Positions 26,975 through 40,739 of a stretch of 64,000 bases of DNA are shown here, in pieces. Location of the stretch: positions 50,530,001 through 50,594,000 of the forward strand of contig NC_047017.1 of the NCBI RefSeq assembly GCF_902652985.1, written 5' to 3'. Position numbers and translations under genes: made by a program. The notes beneath the pieces are model-generated. The model was not told the origin of the DNA and did no database searches. It saw only the letters and a list, made by a program, of their open reading frames with translations. Numbering within the stretch: position 1 is the stretch's first letter; every line of letters begins with the position of its first letter. Source of the stretch: Pecten maximus. Taxonomy: Eukaryota.

Positions 26975-29900
26975 TAGATATGTACAATGTAAGCGGTAAA
27001 TGAGTGCAATGTCAATAGAAGATAATAACGTACAATGTTGGTTGTAGGTATGTCAATGTAAGTGGTAGATATGTACAATGTAAGTGGTATAAGATGAAAT
27101 TAGAACCTTTTTGAATCAACAATATAATCAAATACAAAGTCAAAAATATTTTTGTTTGAGGAATCGGTATTGTTGTCGGTGCCATGCAATATAATGTTTA
27201 AAAGGAGATCAGGCATAAGATTTACAATGAGATCTGGATTTATATTTGGAGCCAATTCGTTGCAAGTTTTTCTTAACAATTTCATACGCAAGTTGTTATA
27301 TTTTGGACATGTCAAAAAGAAATGTTTTTCGTCTTCGGGGGAATTTGTACAGTCGTCACAATATTTATTGGGTGTTAATCGGTATAAGAATCTTTGTTTG
27401 TTCAGGGCGCTAAGACCCATTCTTAGTCTACAATGATTGATTTTTCCTTTCCCATGGCCATAAATATATAAATCATTTGAAACTGGAATAGAGAGTTGTG
27501 ATAGGGCTTGTGAAAAAGATTCAAGCGTTGGTTTGTTCCGAATATGTTCAGGTAGGTTGTTCCAGTCTCTTATAGTTCTGGGAAAGAAAGATTGGTGATA
27601 GAACGACTTTCTGGAAGGAATAGGTAGAAGTGTGTTTGAATTTCTGAAGTTGTAATTTTGTGTGCGATGACAGAGAAGTGGACAGATGTATTCCAAATAT
27701 GAAGGACCCATATTATATTTGATTTTGAAAATTATTTTTAAGCGAGAATTTTTCCTTCTGTCACTAAGTAACTCCCAACCTAGTGGTAGATATGTACAAT
27801 GTTAGTGGTAGATATGTACAATGTAAGTGGTAGATATGTACAATGTAAGTGGTAGATATGTACAATGTTAGTGGTAGATATGTACAATGTAAGTGGGATA
27901 TATGTACAATGTAAGTGGTAGATATGTACAATGTTAGTGGTAGATATGTACAATGTAAGTGGTAGATATGTACAATGTTAGTGGTAGATATGTACAATGT
28001 AAGTGGTAGATATGTACAATGTAAGTGGTATAGATATGTACAATGTTAGTGGTAGATATGTACAATGTAAGTGGTAGATATGTACAATGTAAGTGGTAGA
28101 TATGTACAATGTAAGTGGTAGATATGTACAATGTAAGTGGTAGATATGTACAATGTTAGTGGTAGATATGTACAATGTTAGTGGTAGATATGTACAATGT
28201 TAGTGGTAGATATGTACAATGTTAGTGGTAGATATGTACAATGTAAGTGGTATAGATATGTACAATGTTAGTGGTAGATATGTACAATGTTAGTGGTAGA
28301 TATGTACAATGTTAGTGGTAGATATGTACAATGTAAGTGGTAGATATGTACAATGTTAACGGTAGATATGTACAATGTAAGTGGTAGATATGTACAATGT
28401 TAGTGGTAGATATGTACAATGTTAGTGGTAGATATGTACAATGTAAGTGGTAGATATGTACAATGTTAACGGTAGATATGTACAATGTCAGTGGTAGATA
28501 TGTACAATGTAAGTGGTAGATATGTACAATGTTAACGGTAGATATGTACAATGTAAGTGGTAGATATGTACAATGTAAGTGGTAGATATGTACAATGTTA
28601 GTGGTAGATATGTACAATGTAAGTGGTAGATATGTACAATGTTAGTGGTAGATATGTACAATGTTAGTGGTAGATATGTACAATGTTAGTGGTAGATATG
28701 TACAATGTTAGTGGTAGATATGTACAATGTAAGTGGTAGATATGTACAATGTTAACGGTAGATATGTACAATGTTTGTGGTAGATATGTACAATGTAAGT
28801 GGTAGATATGTACAATGTTAGAGGTAGATATGTACAATGTTAGTAGTAGATATGTACAATGTTAGTGGTAGATATGTACAATGTTTGGTGGTAGATAATG
28901 TACAATGTAAGTGGTAGATATGTACAATGTAAGTGGTAGATATGTACAATGTAAGTGGTAGATATGTACAATGTTAGTGGTAGATATGTACAATGTTAGT
29001 GGTAGATATGTACAATGTTTGTGGTAGATATGTACAATGTTAGTTGTAGATATGTACAATGTAAGTGGTAGATATGTACAATGTTAGTGGTATATATGTA
29101 CAATGTTAGTGGTAGATATGTACAATGTTAGTGGTAGATATGTACAATGTTAGTGGTAGATATGTACAATGTAAGTGGTATAGATATGTACAATGTTAGT
29201 GGTAGATATGTACAATGTTAGTGGTAGATATGTACAATGTTAGTGGTATATATGTACAATGTTTGTGGTAGATATGTACAATGTTAGTTGTAGATATGTA
29301 CAATGTAAGTGGTAGATATGTACAATGTAAGTGGTAGATATTTACAATGTAATTGGTAGATATGTACAATGTTAGTGGTAGATATGTACAATGTTAGTGG
29401 TAGATATGTACAATGTTAGTGGTAGATATGTATAATGTTTGTGGTAGATATGTACAATGTTAGTGGTAGATATGTACAATGTTAGTGGTAGATATGTACA
29501 ATGTTTGTGGTAGATATGTACAATGTAAGTGGTAGATATGTACAATGTTAGTGGTAGATATGTACAATGTTAGTGGTAGATATGTACAATGTTAGTTGTA
29601 GATATGTACAATGATAGTTGAAGATATGTACAATGTAAGTGGTAGATGTACAATGTAAGTGGTAGATATGTACAATGTTAGTGGTAGATATGTACAATGT
29701 AAGTGGTAGATGTACAATGTAAGTGGTAGATATGTACAATTTTAGTGGTAGATATGTACAATGTAAGTGGTAGATGTACAATGTAAGTGGTAGATATGTA
29801 CAATGTTAGTGGTAGATATGTACAATGTAAGTGGTAGATATGTACAATGTAAGTGGTAGATATGTACAATGTTAGTGGTAGATATGTACAATGTTAGTGG

Positions 29901-32900
29901 TAGATATGTACAATGTTAGTGGTAGATATGTACAATGTTTGTGGTAGATATGTACAATGTTTGGTGGTAGATAATGTACAATGTAAGTGGTAGATATGTA
30001 CAATGTAAGTGGTAGATATGTATAATGTTAGTGGTATATATGTACAATGTTAGTGGTAGATATGTACAATGTTAGTGGTAGATATGTACAATGTTTGGTG
30101 GTAGATAATGTACAATGTAAGTGGTAGATATGTACAATGTAAGTGGTAGATATGTACAATGTAAGTGGTAGATATGTACAATGTTAGTGGTAGATATGTA
30201 CAATGTTAGTGGTAGATATGTACAATGTTTGTGGTAGATATGTACAATGTTAGTTGTAGATATGTACAATGTAAGTGGTAGATATGTACAATGTTAGTGG
30301 TATATATGTACAATGTTAGTGGTAGATATGTACAATGTTAGTGGTAGATATGTACAATGTTAGTCGTAGATATGTACAATGTAAGTGGTATAGATATGTA
30401 CAATGTTAGTGGTAGATATGTACAATGTTAGTGGTATATATGTACAATGTTTGTGGTAGATATGTACAATGTTAGTTGTAGATATGTACAATGTAAGTGG
30501 TAGATATGTACAATGTAAGTGGTAGATATTTACAATGTAATTGGTAGATATGTACAATGTTAGTGGTAGATATGTACAATGTTAGTGGTAGATATGTACA
30601 ATGTTAGTGGTAGATATGTATAATGTTTGTGGTAGATATGTACAATGTTAGTGGTAGATATGTACAATGTTAGTGGTAGATATGTACAATGTTTGTGGTA
30701 GATATGTACAATGTAAGTGGTAGATATGTACAATGTTAGTGGTAGATATGTACAATGTTAGTGGTAGATATGTACAATGTTAGTTGTAGATATGTACAAT
30801 GATAGTTGAAGATATGTACAATGTAAGTGGTAGATGTACAATGTAAGTGGTAGATATGTACAATGTTAGTGGTAGATATGTACAATGTAAGTGGTAGATG
30901 TACAATGTAAGTGGTAGATATGTACAATGTTAGTGGTAGATATGTACAATGTAAGTGGTAGATGTACAATGTAAGTGGTAGATATGTACAATGTTAGTGG
31001 TAGATATGTACAATGTAAGTGGTAGATATGTACAATGTAAGTGGTAGATATGTACAATGTTAGTGGTAGATATGTACAATGTTAGTGGTAGATATGTGCA
31101 ATGTTAGTGGTAGATATGTACAATGTTTGTGGTAGATATGTACAATGTTTGGTGGTAGATAATGTACAATGTAAGTGGTAGATATGTACAATGTAAGTGG
31201 TAGATATGTATAATGTTAGTGGTATATATGTACAATGTTAGTGGTAGATATGTACAATGTTAGTGGTAGATATGTACAATGTTTGGTGGTAGATAATGTA
31301 CAATGTAAGTGGTAGATATGTACAATGTAAGTGGTAGATATGTACAATGTAAGTGGTAGATATGTACAATGTTAGTGGTAGATATGTACAATGTTAGTGG
31401 TAGATATGTACAATGTTAGTGGTAGATATGTACAATGTTAGTGGTAGGTATATGTATGTACAATGTTAGTGGTAGATATGTACAATGTAAGTGGTAGATA
31501 TGTACAATGTTAGTGGTAGATATGTAATATGTTAGTGGTAGATATGTACAATGTAAGTGGTAGATATGTACAATGTTGGTTGTAGGTATGTCAATGTAAG
31601 TGGTAGATATGTACAATGTTAGTGGTAGATATGTACAATGTAAGTGGTAGATATGTACAATGTTAGTGGTAGATATGTACAATGTAAGTGGTAGATATGT
31701 ACAATGTAAGTGGTAGGTATGTACAAGGTTAGTGGTATAGATATGTATAACGTTAGTAGATAATATGTACGTAAGTGGTAGATATGTACAATGTTAGTGG
31801 TAGATATGTACAATGTTAGCGGTAAATGAGTGAAATGTCAATAGAAGATAATAACGTACAATGTTGGTTGTAGGTATGTCAATGTAAGTGGTAGATATGT
31901 ACAATGTTAGTGGTAGATATGTACAATGTAAGTGGTAGATATGTACAATGTTAGTGGTAGATATGTACAATGTTAGTGGTAGATATGTACAATGTTAGTG
32001 GTAGATATGTACAATGTAAGTGGTAGATATGTACAATGTAAGTGGTAGATATGTACAATGTTAGTGGTAGATATGTACAATGTTAGTGGTAGATATGTAC
32101 AATGTTTGTGGTAGATATGTACAATGTTTGTGGTATATATGTACAATGTTAGTGGTAGATATGTACAATGTTAGTGGTATATATGTACAATGTTAGTGGT
32201 AGATATGTACAATGTTAGTTGTAGATATGTACAATGTTAGTTGTAGATATGTACAATGTAAGTGGTAGATGTACAATGTAAGTGGTAGATATGTACAATG
32301 TTAGTGGTAGATATGTACAATGTAAGTGGTAGATGTACAATGTAAGTGGTAGATATGTACAATGTTAGTGGTAGATATGTACAATGTAAGTGGTAGATAT
32401 GTACAATGTAAGTGGTAGATATGTACAATGTTAGTGGTAGATATGTACAATGTTAGTGGTAGATATGTACAATGTTAGTGGTAGATATGTACAATGTTAG
32501 TGGTAGATATGTACAATGTTAGTGGTATATATGTACAATGTTAGTGGTAGATATGTACAATGTTAGTTGTAGATATGTACAATGTTAGTTGTAGATATGT
32601 ACAATGTAAGTGGTAGATGTACAATGTAAGTGGTAGATATGTACAATGTTAGTGGTAGATATGTACAATGTAAGTGGTAGATGTACAATGTAAGTGGTAG
32701 ATATGTACAATGTTAGTGGTAGATATGTACAATGTAAGTGGTAGATATGTACAATGTAAGTGGTAGATATGTACAATGTTAGTGGTAGATATGTACAATG
32801 TTAGTGGTAGATATGTACAATGTTAGTGGTAGATATGTACAATGTTTGTGGTAGATATGTACAATGTTTGGTGGTAGATAATGTACAATGTAAGTGGTAG

Positions 32901-33543
32901 ATATGTACAATGTAAGTGGTAGATATGTATAATGTTAGTGGTATATATGTACAATGTTAGTGGTAGATATGTACAATGTTAGTGGTAGATATGTACAATG
33001 TTTGGTGGTAGATAATGTACTATGTAAGTGGTAGATATGTACAATGTAAGTGGTAGATATGTACAATGTAAGTGGTAGATATGTACAATGTTAGTGGTAG
33101 ATATGTACAATGTTAGTGGTAGATATGTACAATGTTAGTGGTAGATATGTACAATGTTAGTGGTAGGTATATGTATGTACAATGTTAGTGGTAGATATGT
33201 ACAATGTAAGTGGTAGATATGTACAATGTTAGTGGTAGATATGTAATATGTTAGTGGTAGATATGTACAATGTAAGTGGTAGATATGTACAATGTTGGTT
33301 GTAGGTATGTCAATGTAAGTGGTAGATATGTACAATGTTAGTGGTAGATATGTACAATGTAAGTGGTAGATATGTACAATGTTAGTGGTAGATATGTACA
33401 ATGTAAGTGGTAGATATGTACAATGTAAGTGGTAGGTATGTACAAGGTTAGTGGTATAGATATGTATAACGTTAGTAGATAATATGTACGTAAGTGGTAG
33501 ATATGTACAATGTTAGTGGTAGATATGTATAATGTAAGTGGTA
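26975..33543. repeat. 22-bp satellite array (~6.5 kb including a nested LINE fragment)
   Basis: AGTGGTAGATATGTACAATGT(T/A) in tandem from 27781 to 33543, plus a short remnant at 26975-27089. Confidence 0.98.
27090..27782 (-). mobile_element. CR1/L2-group LINE 3' fragment nested in the satellite
   Basis: The frame of ORF 27100..27711 extends upstream as LGWELLSDRRKNSRL. It contains SFFPRTIRDWNNLP, HCRLRMGLSALN and CDDC...HFFLTCPKY. Confidence 0.88.
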
Positions 33544-33583
33544 ATAACGAAAATTGTCAAATACTATCTAACGCAAAATTCAG

Positions 33584-35500
33584 TTATTGAGTAGATATTC
33601 TTTTGGACGAAGCATGCATTAGATATTTACTGAAATTTCTTAAAGTTTTAACATTTTTACTTGCATATAATTCAGTTAACTTGAATACAGAAGGGCGGCG
33701 ATAAAAATACGGCTTGGTGTACACACTTCTCAACTCTGAATAAACTGGACATAATAATATAAAATGAGTTTCATCTTCAACTTCCCTTCTATTACATAAT
33801 ACACACAATCTTTGGGCTCTGGGAATACCTTGGTATCTACCAGTTTCAACACTTAAATCGTGAGCTGGTATCCTATACTTAGTAAGTACATTTCTAAATT
33901 TAAAAGACTTCGTGAGATACAACTGCAATTCAAATCGATCTACAATATGCTGATACAAAATACATTTAGAAAAATTTTCGAAATTGTTTCTCAACTCTTG
34001 GATAAAAATATCATGCACCCGTTGTGTGTATAACAGCAAAAAAAAATTCACTAGGAACACACTTGGACAACCAGACGTCATAGAATCCGAAACTACTAAG
34101 CTCATGCTTTACATGATACATGAGATTCATTTTACATCTTGGCTTTGCTATGTTAAGTTCTACAAGTTCATTATAACATGATTTTAAAACACAATTATCC
34201 GTATTCAGAAGTTTAATCCAATATTTTAGAACAGAAATCTTGCGACTAATTTGTAAAGGGAAACGCCCAAGCTCAGAGTAGACCATGGAAGAATTGGCGG
34301 TCTTTTTTATACCAAGTACATTTTTTAAGAACAGTAAGTGTACTTTCTCTAACTGTGGTGCCGGACAAAATCCCCAAACTTCAATCCATAGTTTAGTAAA
34401 CATGAGATATATGTATCAAATAATGACAATTTGGTTTCACAATTTAACATGAATCTTTTCATTTTCCTGTTTAACAAGAAGTAAGCTTTTCTGCCTTGCA
34501 TAGCAAAGTTATTCAAAGCAACAGTAAATTTACCATTATAATTAAAAATCAGACCAAGGTAACAAAATTGATCTACCAACTCAATTGGACATACCATTGT
34601 ATGTCCAACGTTCAATAGGATAAATTCTTTTACTTTTCCTGAACACAACAATTTTAGTTTTATCCAGGTTTACCTCTAAATCCCATCGTGAAGAATACGA
34701 ATGCAAAAAGTCTAGCATGTTTTGAAGGTCTTGTATGTTTTCTGAAAACAGGACAGTATCGTCAGCGTACATTAAAATGAACAGGTTAATCAACTGCAGC
34801 TGATAACTTTGACAATTAGAATTAATTAATTCAGATTCCATATCATTAATGAATAAAGAAAACAAAATCGGGGACAACGATTCCCCTTGTAATAATCCGA
34901 CATGTAAGTCAAAAAATGCCGATAACTTACCATTTAGCTTAACACAAGATTTAACGTTATCGTATATCGATCTAATAATATCTAACAAACGACCTCTGAC
35001 CCCTGCTTTCCATAATTTGAGCCACAACATTTTATGAGATATACTATCAAATGCCTTCCTGTAATCAACAAACACGCAATACAGACTTTTATTATTTTGT
35101 AAAGTCTTGGTAATTAAGGTATTCAAAACAAAAATTGCGTCTCTGGTCCCACATTTAGGCCGAAACCCAAACTGTGCGTCAGAAATGGCATTTTCACTTT
35201 CACTCCACACCAATAAACGCTTATTCAGAAGAGAAGTAAAATGCTTAGCTAAATGACTAATAATTGTGATACCTCTATAGTTACTGCCGTTATTCTTATC
35301 TCCTTTTTTATGTACAGGTACAATAATACCCTGCGTCCAAACTTTGGGAAAATATCCTACATTAAGGATAGTATTAAAAAGTTTTAGTAAAACTGGTGCG
35401 AATAGATCGCTGTATTCGGTAAAATACTCGTTGAGCAACAAATCAATACCAGCAGCCTTACCTTTAGGGAGACTATTGATAACAGTTAATAATTCCTTGA
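33584..35500 (-). mobile_element. 5'-truncated, frameshifted RTE-X-like LINE (reverse transcriptase)
   Basis: ORFs 34581, 34349, 34011 and 33584 join through frameshifts: GKAAGID, PVHKKGD..NYRGI, QFGFR, FVDYRKAFD, GLLQGESLSP, YADD, YLG, ELGRFPL, VETGRY and C..C...EDETHFILLCP. The clade is inferred from the C-terminal motifs. Confidence 0.92.
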
Positions 35501-35919
35501 GATTAAATACAACATCCAGTAATAGTATACATACAAAATCCAGGAAAGAACCGATAATTGAATCTGACAATGATTAGTCTAATATTCAGCGGTGACGTTC
35601 GACTTCGCGATGACGTGTCGTCGAGCGGAGTCATTTAAACAAGTTACCTGTTAATAAATCACGCAGACACAAGGATTGTCAAACTAATATTTCATTTTGT
35701 AAAATAATATCATTTACACATATAGTACAAAACATATGAGTCGTGCAACTAAAATAGATGATAAGATTTCTTTCATAACGACCTCTATTTTGTCGCGTAG
35801 TGATTTGGTTCACGGAATATAGTTGCTACGTTGGGAGAATTTGAACTTGAAGGCTTACATTTGTAAGTAAAAGAAGTTATGGGATCAACAAGTTCCCCTA
35901 CTTGACCCCTACTTGTGAC

Positions 35920-36059
35920 GATTGTTTATCATTTTTATCCAACTCTCGTTAGTTAATTTTCTAATTTTGAAAAGACACTCGCTAAAGCTCGTGTCTTTTC
36001 AAAATTAGAAAATTAACTCAATTAATCAACCTCGAGTTGGATACAAATGATAAACAATC
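35920..36059. mobile_element. Foldback (palindromic) non-autonomous element
   Basis: Arms GATTGTTTATCATTT.TATCCAACTC...AGTTAATTTTCTAATTTTGAAAAGACAC and their reverse complement surround the centre TCGCTAAAGCTC. Confidence 0.75.
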
Positions 36060-36634
36060 TCCACTCATTGGGGAACCTCTATTTATCCAACAGTCGGCAC
36101 ATTATAACAATGGTTTGGGAGTGGAATAACACAGCGTATTGTGGTAGAAATGTACGATGTAAGGTGTAAGGTTTTTTTTTTGTTGTGGGGGGGGGGGGGT
36201 AGTATATCGGTAGTTATATATCTGCTAGCACTGAATTGATTAGATTCTAAAGATATTGATGTAACAGATTTCTGGTTCTGAAAATATTGATACATTCTAT
36301 CGATCAAACTGTTTTACAGTAGGGACATTTTTATCTGCTTTGATTCCCCACTTGCAGTTGATAAACAATTTTACACTAATGTTTATATATTTGTACGATC
36401 ACCCAATAAATCACGATTACTTGGAACCATTTTTACATTATCTAGGAGATTTTGATTAAGTTTCTTTTTTTTCTTTCCTTACTTTTTTATGTGTATATAT
36501 ATAATCGAGGTATACAATATCGGAAATGATCAACTACAATTCATTAAGTTTGGTTTCTTCATGAATCTTTGTAATCACGGTGTCCAATATGTCCATAGTC
36601 TCCAGAATTTTTGTTGAACCTTATATATCGTAAA

Positions 36635-37604
36635 GGATCTGCTCTTCTGAGGTTTCAGTTACGTTGAAGTCTCGTTTCGATCTTGCATAAAAAGTATTTG
36701 TAATATGTAACAAAAAATTGGCAGTTTTATACCAATGTTGTATCTGAAAGATGTGTCGACATTTCAGTCTTTTTGTGTTAGTAGATTTGTTTTTATAAGA
36801 TTTTTAAAAAATGGCCAATTTTGCGACCATTTTGAAGATGTATGTTTCTTGCATTTTGTGCAAGGCTCGATTTCACATTTTTGGACTTAAATGTTTTCCC
36901 TGAAACCATCATTGCGTTGGCAATTTTGAATGTTTCTAATTCATTTTTGTTTAATACCTTGCTATGTTCAATACATTGAAAATAATACACAACAAAGTGG
37001 GAAAATAGCCATTTTTTCATTTTATTTTTACATTCTATTGTAACTGGAGTACTTTAAAATGTATCCTCAAAAAGCTGAAAGATAACAAATATTATTTCGA
37101 GACAAAAAAGTAAGCACACTGACCCCTCATTTCTATGGAGCTACTTTTCCCTATTTGAACTACAAAATATCTTAAAAACTTTTTATATTAAGCGTTAAAT
37201 CTGGCAAAAATAGTGAAAAATTTTGTCTTTTATACTTCAAAATTTAGGGGAAGGGGTTATATAAATTGTTACTCTGATTAGAAACATATGTATTTGGCTA
37301 GGTCAATCTACCTTCTAAATTCAAAAAGAATATAATAGGTTTGTCAATTCTAAAACATTCATACATATCCGATAACACACTTATAAAATATTACTTTGAT
37401 TTGTGTATGTTGTTGTGTATATGGTCAAAGCAGCAGTTTCACATGAAATCACATATATCAAATTCTATCTTTGACCCACCATAGCTCAAAAACGAGCACA
37501 CCGACATATGCTTTTGTTTTCCTTTTTTTTATGTCTCTGTATTGAAGTATGATATGTTAAAAATTAGTCATCAGAAAATTTTGACTTTTCACCAGAGCAG
37601 ATCC
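36635..37604. mobile_element. ~970-bp non-autonomous DNA transposon, Kolobok-like
   Basis: Short TIRs GGATCTGCTCT and AGAGCAGATCC, flanked by TAAA on the left and TTAA on the right. Confidence 0.6.
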
Positions 37605-38616
37605 TTAATGTTTAGATTGTTGTGGTAACCTGCCTTAAAAAGCTTTACTGAAATAGCGAAATGATAAAAATTCTGTGTTTAGACTTGACTTGAAATTTGT
37701 GAATGAATCTCACCCATGACGGGAAGTGCACAACATATTTTTAATCATGGAATTAAAGATTAAATATACTCCATTAAATATACTATTTTTTTTACAAAGT
37801 TTGGTACAATAGAGGAGTAACAGTAGTTAATGATCTGGTAAAAAATTACAGTACGAGCACTTTCTATTCATTCCAAGAATTTACTGAGATCTACCAAATA
37901 AACACTAACTTTCTTCAATATCAGGGTGTGATTGCTGCTGTCAGAACAAACTTAGCAAAGATGAACTTTGAAAAACAGTTAATAGTCTACCCAATCATTC
38001 CTAATAATATATTACGATTATGATCTTATGTGCGAGTGTAAGTGTATGGGTTATATTTTTGTATTTTACCATGCAGAAAAAAAAGCTTGAAAAATGAAAT
38101 ATATACAAAAAATAAAAAAAAAATACCTGTTTGTTCATCGGCTTTGAGTTGGTAATACGGTTAGTTATTAAGTTTGTATTTTCTGTTGTTCTATCGAAAA
38201 ACAAAACCATTATTGGTGATCAGCGATACATAGGAATACAATGTGTTCAGGATAGACACTGTATTACGTTATACACGTTGGAATGTTTCGGCCTTGACCT
38301 TTCAAAATATTTGTTATCCCATTCCTTACGCAATCAATACCGAGCAACAATGACACACGACGACTTAGAAATGATTAGCTCTGTCATAACTGACAAATAC
38401 TAAGTGTACCGATACTGCTAGTTATGAATTTAATGACATGAAGCGTATGTCCGCCTGTCTAGATCTTAAGGTGTCTTGCGCGAGTCCATCCCGTCCGGTG
38501 TGCGTACATCGGTAATGTCCCCTGCGGGATCTTACGTAACACAAAGTACACATACATTATTGCAGAAATATGTCAGTTTTATTGAAAAATGGTTCGCGAT
38601 AGAAGTACGGGATCGC

Positions 38617-38701
38617 TATATAAGGGCTGGCGTTTTCGATTATTGTCATTCGTTTCCACCTGCGAATCAAGAAATAGCAGCCTTTTCCTACTCTCATAAA
38701 G
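38617..38701 (+). promoter_or_regulatory. TATA box, initiator and non-coding exon 1 of the Gly/Tyr-rich gene
   Basis: TATATAA at 38617, Inr-like TCATTC about 30 bp downstream (38646), donor AAG|GTAAGT at 38701/38702. Confidence 0.75.
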
Positions 38702-39335
38702 GTAAGTGATACAAGTTTCGTTAGCCATGTCTACTTAGAGTTGGTAGGTTGACTCTTTCAGGACATTTAACCATATAGGGATATATAGTTACTGATATAT
38801 AGTTACTGAGATATAGTTACTGAGATATAGCTACTGATATATATATAATTGCTGAGATAGAGTTGCTGATATTATCTATGTACCATATGCTGTAAAATAT
38901 TCGTTGTATATAAATTTTCACGGTTTCCACGAAAAGAGACTTAAGTTAATGTTTTTGGTTTACATTGAACCACGAATCTAAGTGTAGTTAGCGTGAAACT
39001 TCGAAAAAATGCACTCAAGAATACTTCATTTTATCAGAGAAGTATATAGATATATTTGTATCTATATGTCTCTGATTTTATACCGTATATATACGACAGA
39101 GATAGCGATAATTCCAGCATATGCCTTGATATTGCGTTTGGTGACAAACATTTAGATTTTCTCTGTTCCGAGACAGCACCATATGTACATAGACATTACC
39201 AAATAATCCTTCCTTCCTTTTAAATATAAATCAGTTATCTACTTTTTGACATTGCAAATTTACTTTAACAATACTAAGTAGTTGTAAATATTACTATTTG
39301 TTGTTTGTTTTTCCCTTCAGACAGACGTCAGAATC

Positions 39336-40166
39336 ATGTTGAAATTCGCCGTTCTCGCTGTATGTCTGGCTTCCGCCATGGCCCAGTGGTATGATGACGA
39401 TAATATCGGATTCGGGTTCGGACCCAGTGTCGGAATCGGACACGGGATTGGAATCGGACACGATAATGGATACGGAGGATATGGCGGATCTTCATACTAT
39501 GGAGGGGGTAGAGGCTATGGAGGCTACGGAGGTATCTCCATGGGAGGGTACGGAAAGGGTTACGGAAGGAGAATAACAGTATCCAAGGGATACGGCGGAT
39601 ACGGAAATGGAGGATACGGAAATGGCGGATACATCATGGGAGGTGGATATGGTGGATATGGCGGATACGGTGGAAATAATGGATTCATCATCGGAGGATC
39701 AGGATTCGGAAAAGGAAAGAAAGGTAAGCTATTATCTATTTTACGCTGTGTAAGCTTGAATGAAATTATTGGCCTTTTTGCTTCATAATGTAAGCAGTCA
39801 TTAAACGAGTACCAATACTGACCACCTAATGTTTTCATCAGAAAATTTACATATGTATATGTACTATCGTACATTCAGAGCATTTGCTCTTAGGTGAATT
39901 AATTGGATTTAGTAATATTAATGAAATTTCAAATCACGAAATTAAGTATTCGTGAGCAACAAGAATTGCGATATTTATACAATAAGGTAAATGCTTTATA
40001 TTGACAATGATCAGACTCATTTTCTCATAATGAACTTCTACGCACATTTTAAAGAATTAAAGCTTGAATGCGTTTTACGACAACCTTATATCTATCTATA
40101 GACAAATGTTATCATTCCTTTATTAAACAACTTTTTTTTATTTTCACAGGTTTCGGAGGTTATTAA
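39336..40166 (+). CDS. Secreted Gly/Tyr-rich protein, 134 aa (shematrin/prisilkin-like shell- or cuticle-matrix type)
   Basis: Acceptor TTCCCTTCAG ends at 39320. Coding exons are 39336-39723 and 40150-40166 (phase 1). The protein has signal peptide MLKFAVLAVCLASAMA, acidic QWYDDDN, GGYG repeats and a basic C-terminus GKGKKGFGGY*. AATAAA at 40244. Confidence 0.88.
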
Positions 40167-40494
40167 GCCTGAATGAATCCTTACAAGAACCCGGCACTCA
40201 TGTCTTTGATTTCCATTTGTACATTGTATGTTGTTTTGTGAGAAATAAATGTTACGTATCAAATACTAAAGTTTTGTATTTTGTCAGCTATTTAACTAAC
40301 TTTTCACTCTCAACCATAATGAAGGTAGCATGAATACAATGCACCAATTGATAGCTTCGTCTGGATTCAGCATTATGTTTGCTTATAACGATAAGAAACC
40401 AAGGAAGAAGCACTCAATAACCGCAGAATATGATAAATATTTTAATTAACCTCCGAGCAAAACAACCATTTAACATACGATTCAGAAACTACTA

Positions 40495-40739
40495 CCTGGG
40501 CCCAGCTGTTCAAAACGTGATTACCTTAATCACTTGATTAGTGAAAATCTCATTTCTCTTCAACTTCAACCTCTATTTATGTAAATTCCTTGAACTAGTT
40601 AGGTAGGAAGATATTGATGAGTGATATATTTTCTTAAACTTTTGTCAAATTCGTGTTACCAGAAACGATGTTATAAGGATTTTAAAATTGTTGTTAAAAT
40701 GTGATTAGCCTAATCACCTTATGAACAACTGGACCCAGG
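40495..40739. mobile_element. MITE (possibly PIF/Harbinger type)
   Basis: TIRs CCTGGGCCCAGCTGTTCAAAA and TTATGAACAACTGGACCCAGG, each followed inside by an imperfect palindrome GTGATTAnnnTAATCAC. Confidence 0.75.

Noticed and set aside
27764-33401. Many His/Tyr/Thr-rich ORFs (MYISTT...)
   Set aside because: They are translations of the 22-bp satellite, whose unit length is not a multiple of 3, with no gene signals.
19728-33543. Regular repeat arrays resembling CRISPR
   Set aside because: Units are contiguous with no unique spacers, there are no cas genes, and the context is eukaryotic.
4013-40166. Functional link in which the SULTs sulfate the Tyr-rich secreted protein
   Set aside because: These are cytosolic-type SULTs with no signal or membrane anchor. 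Protein tyrosine sulfation is done by Golgi TPSTs, and adjacency in an animal genome does not imply a pathway.
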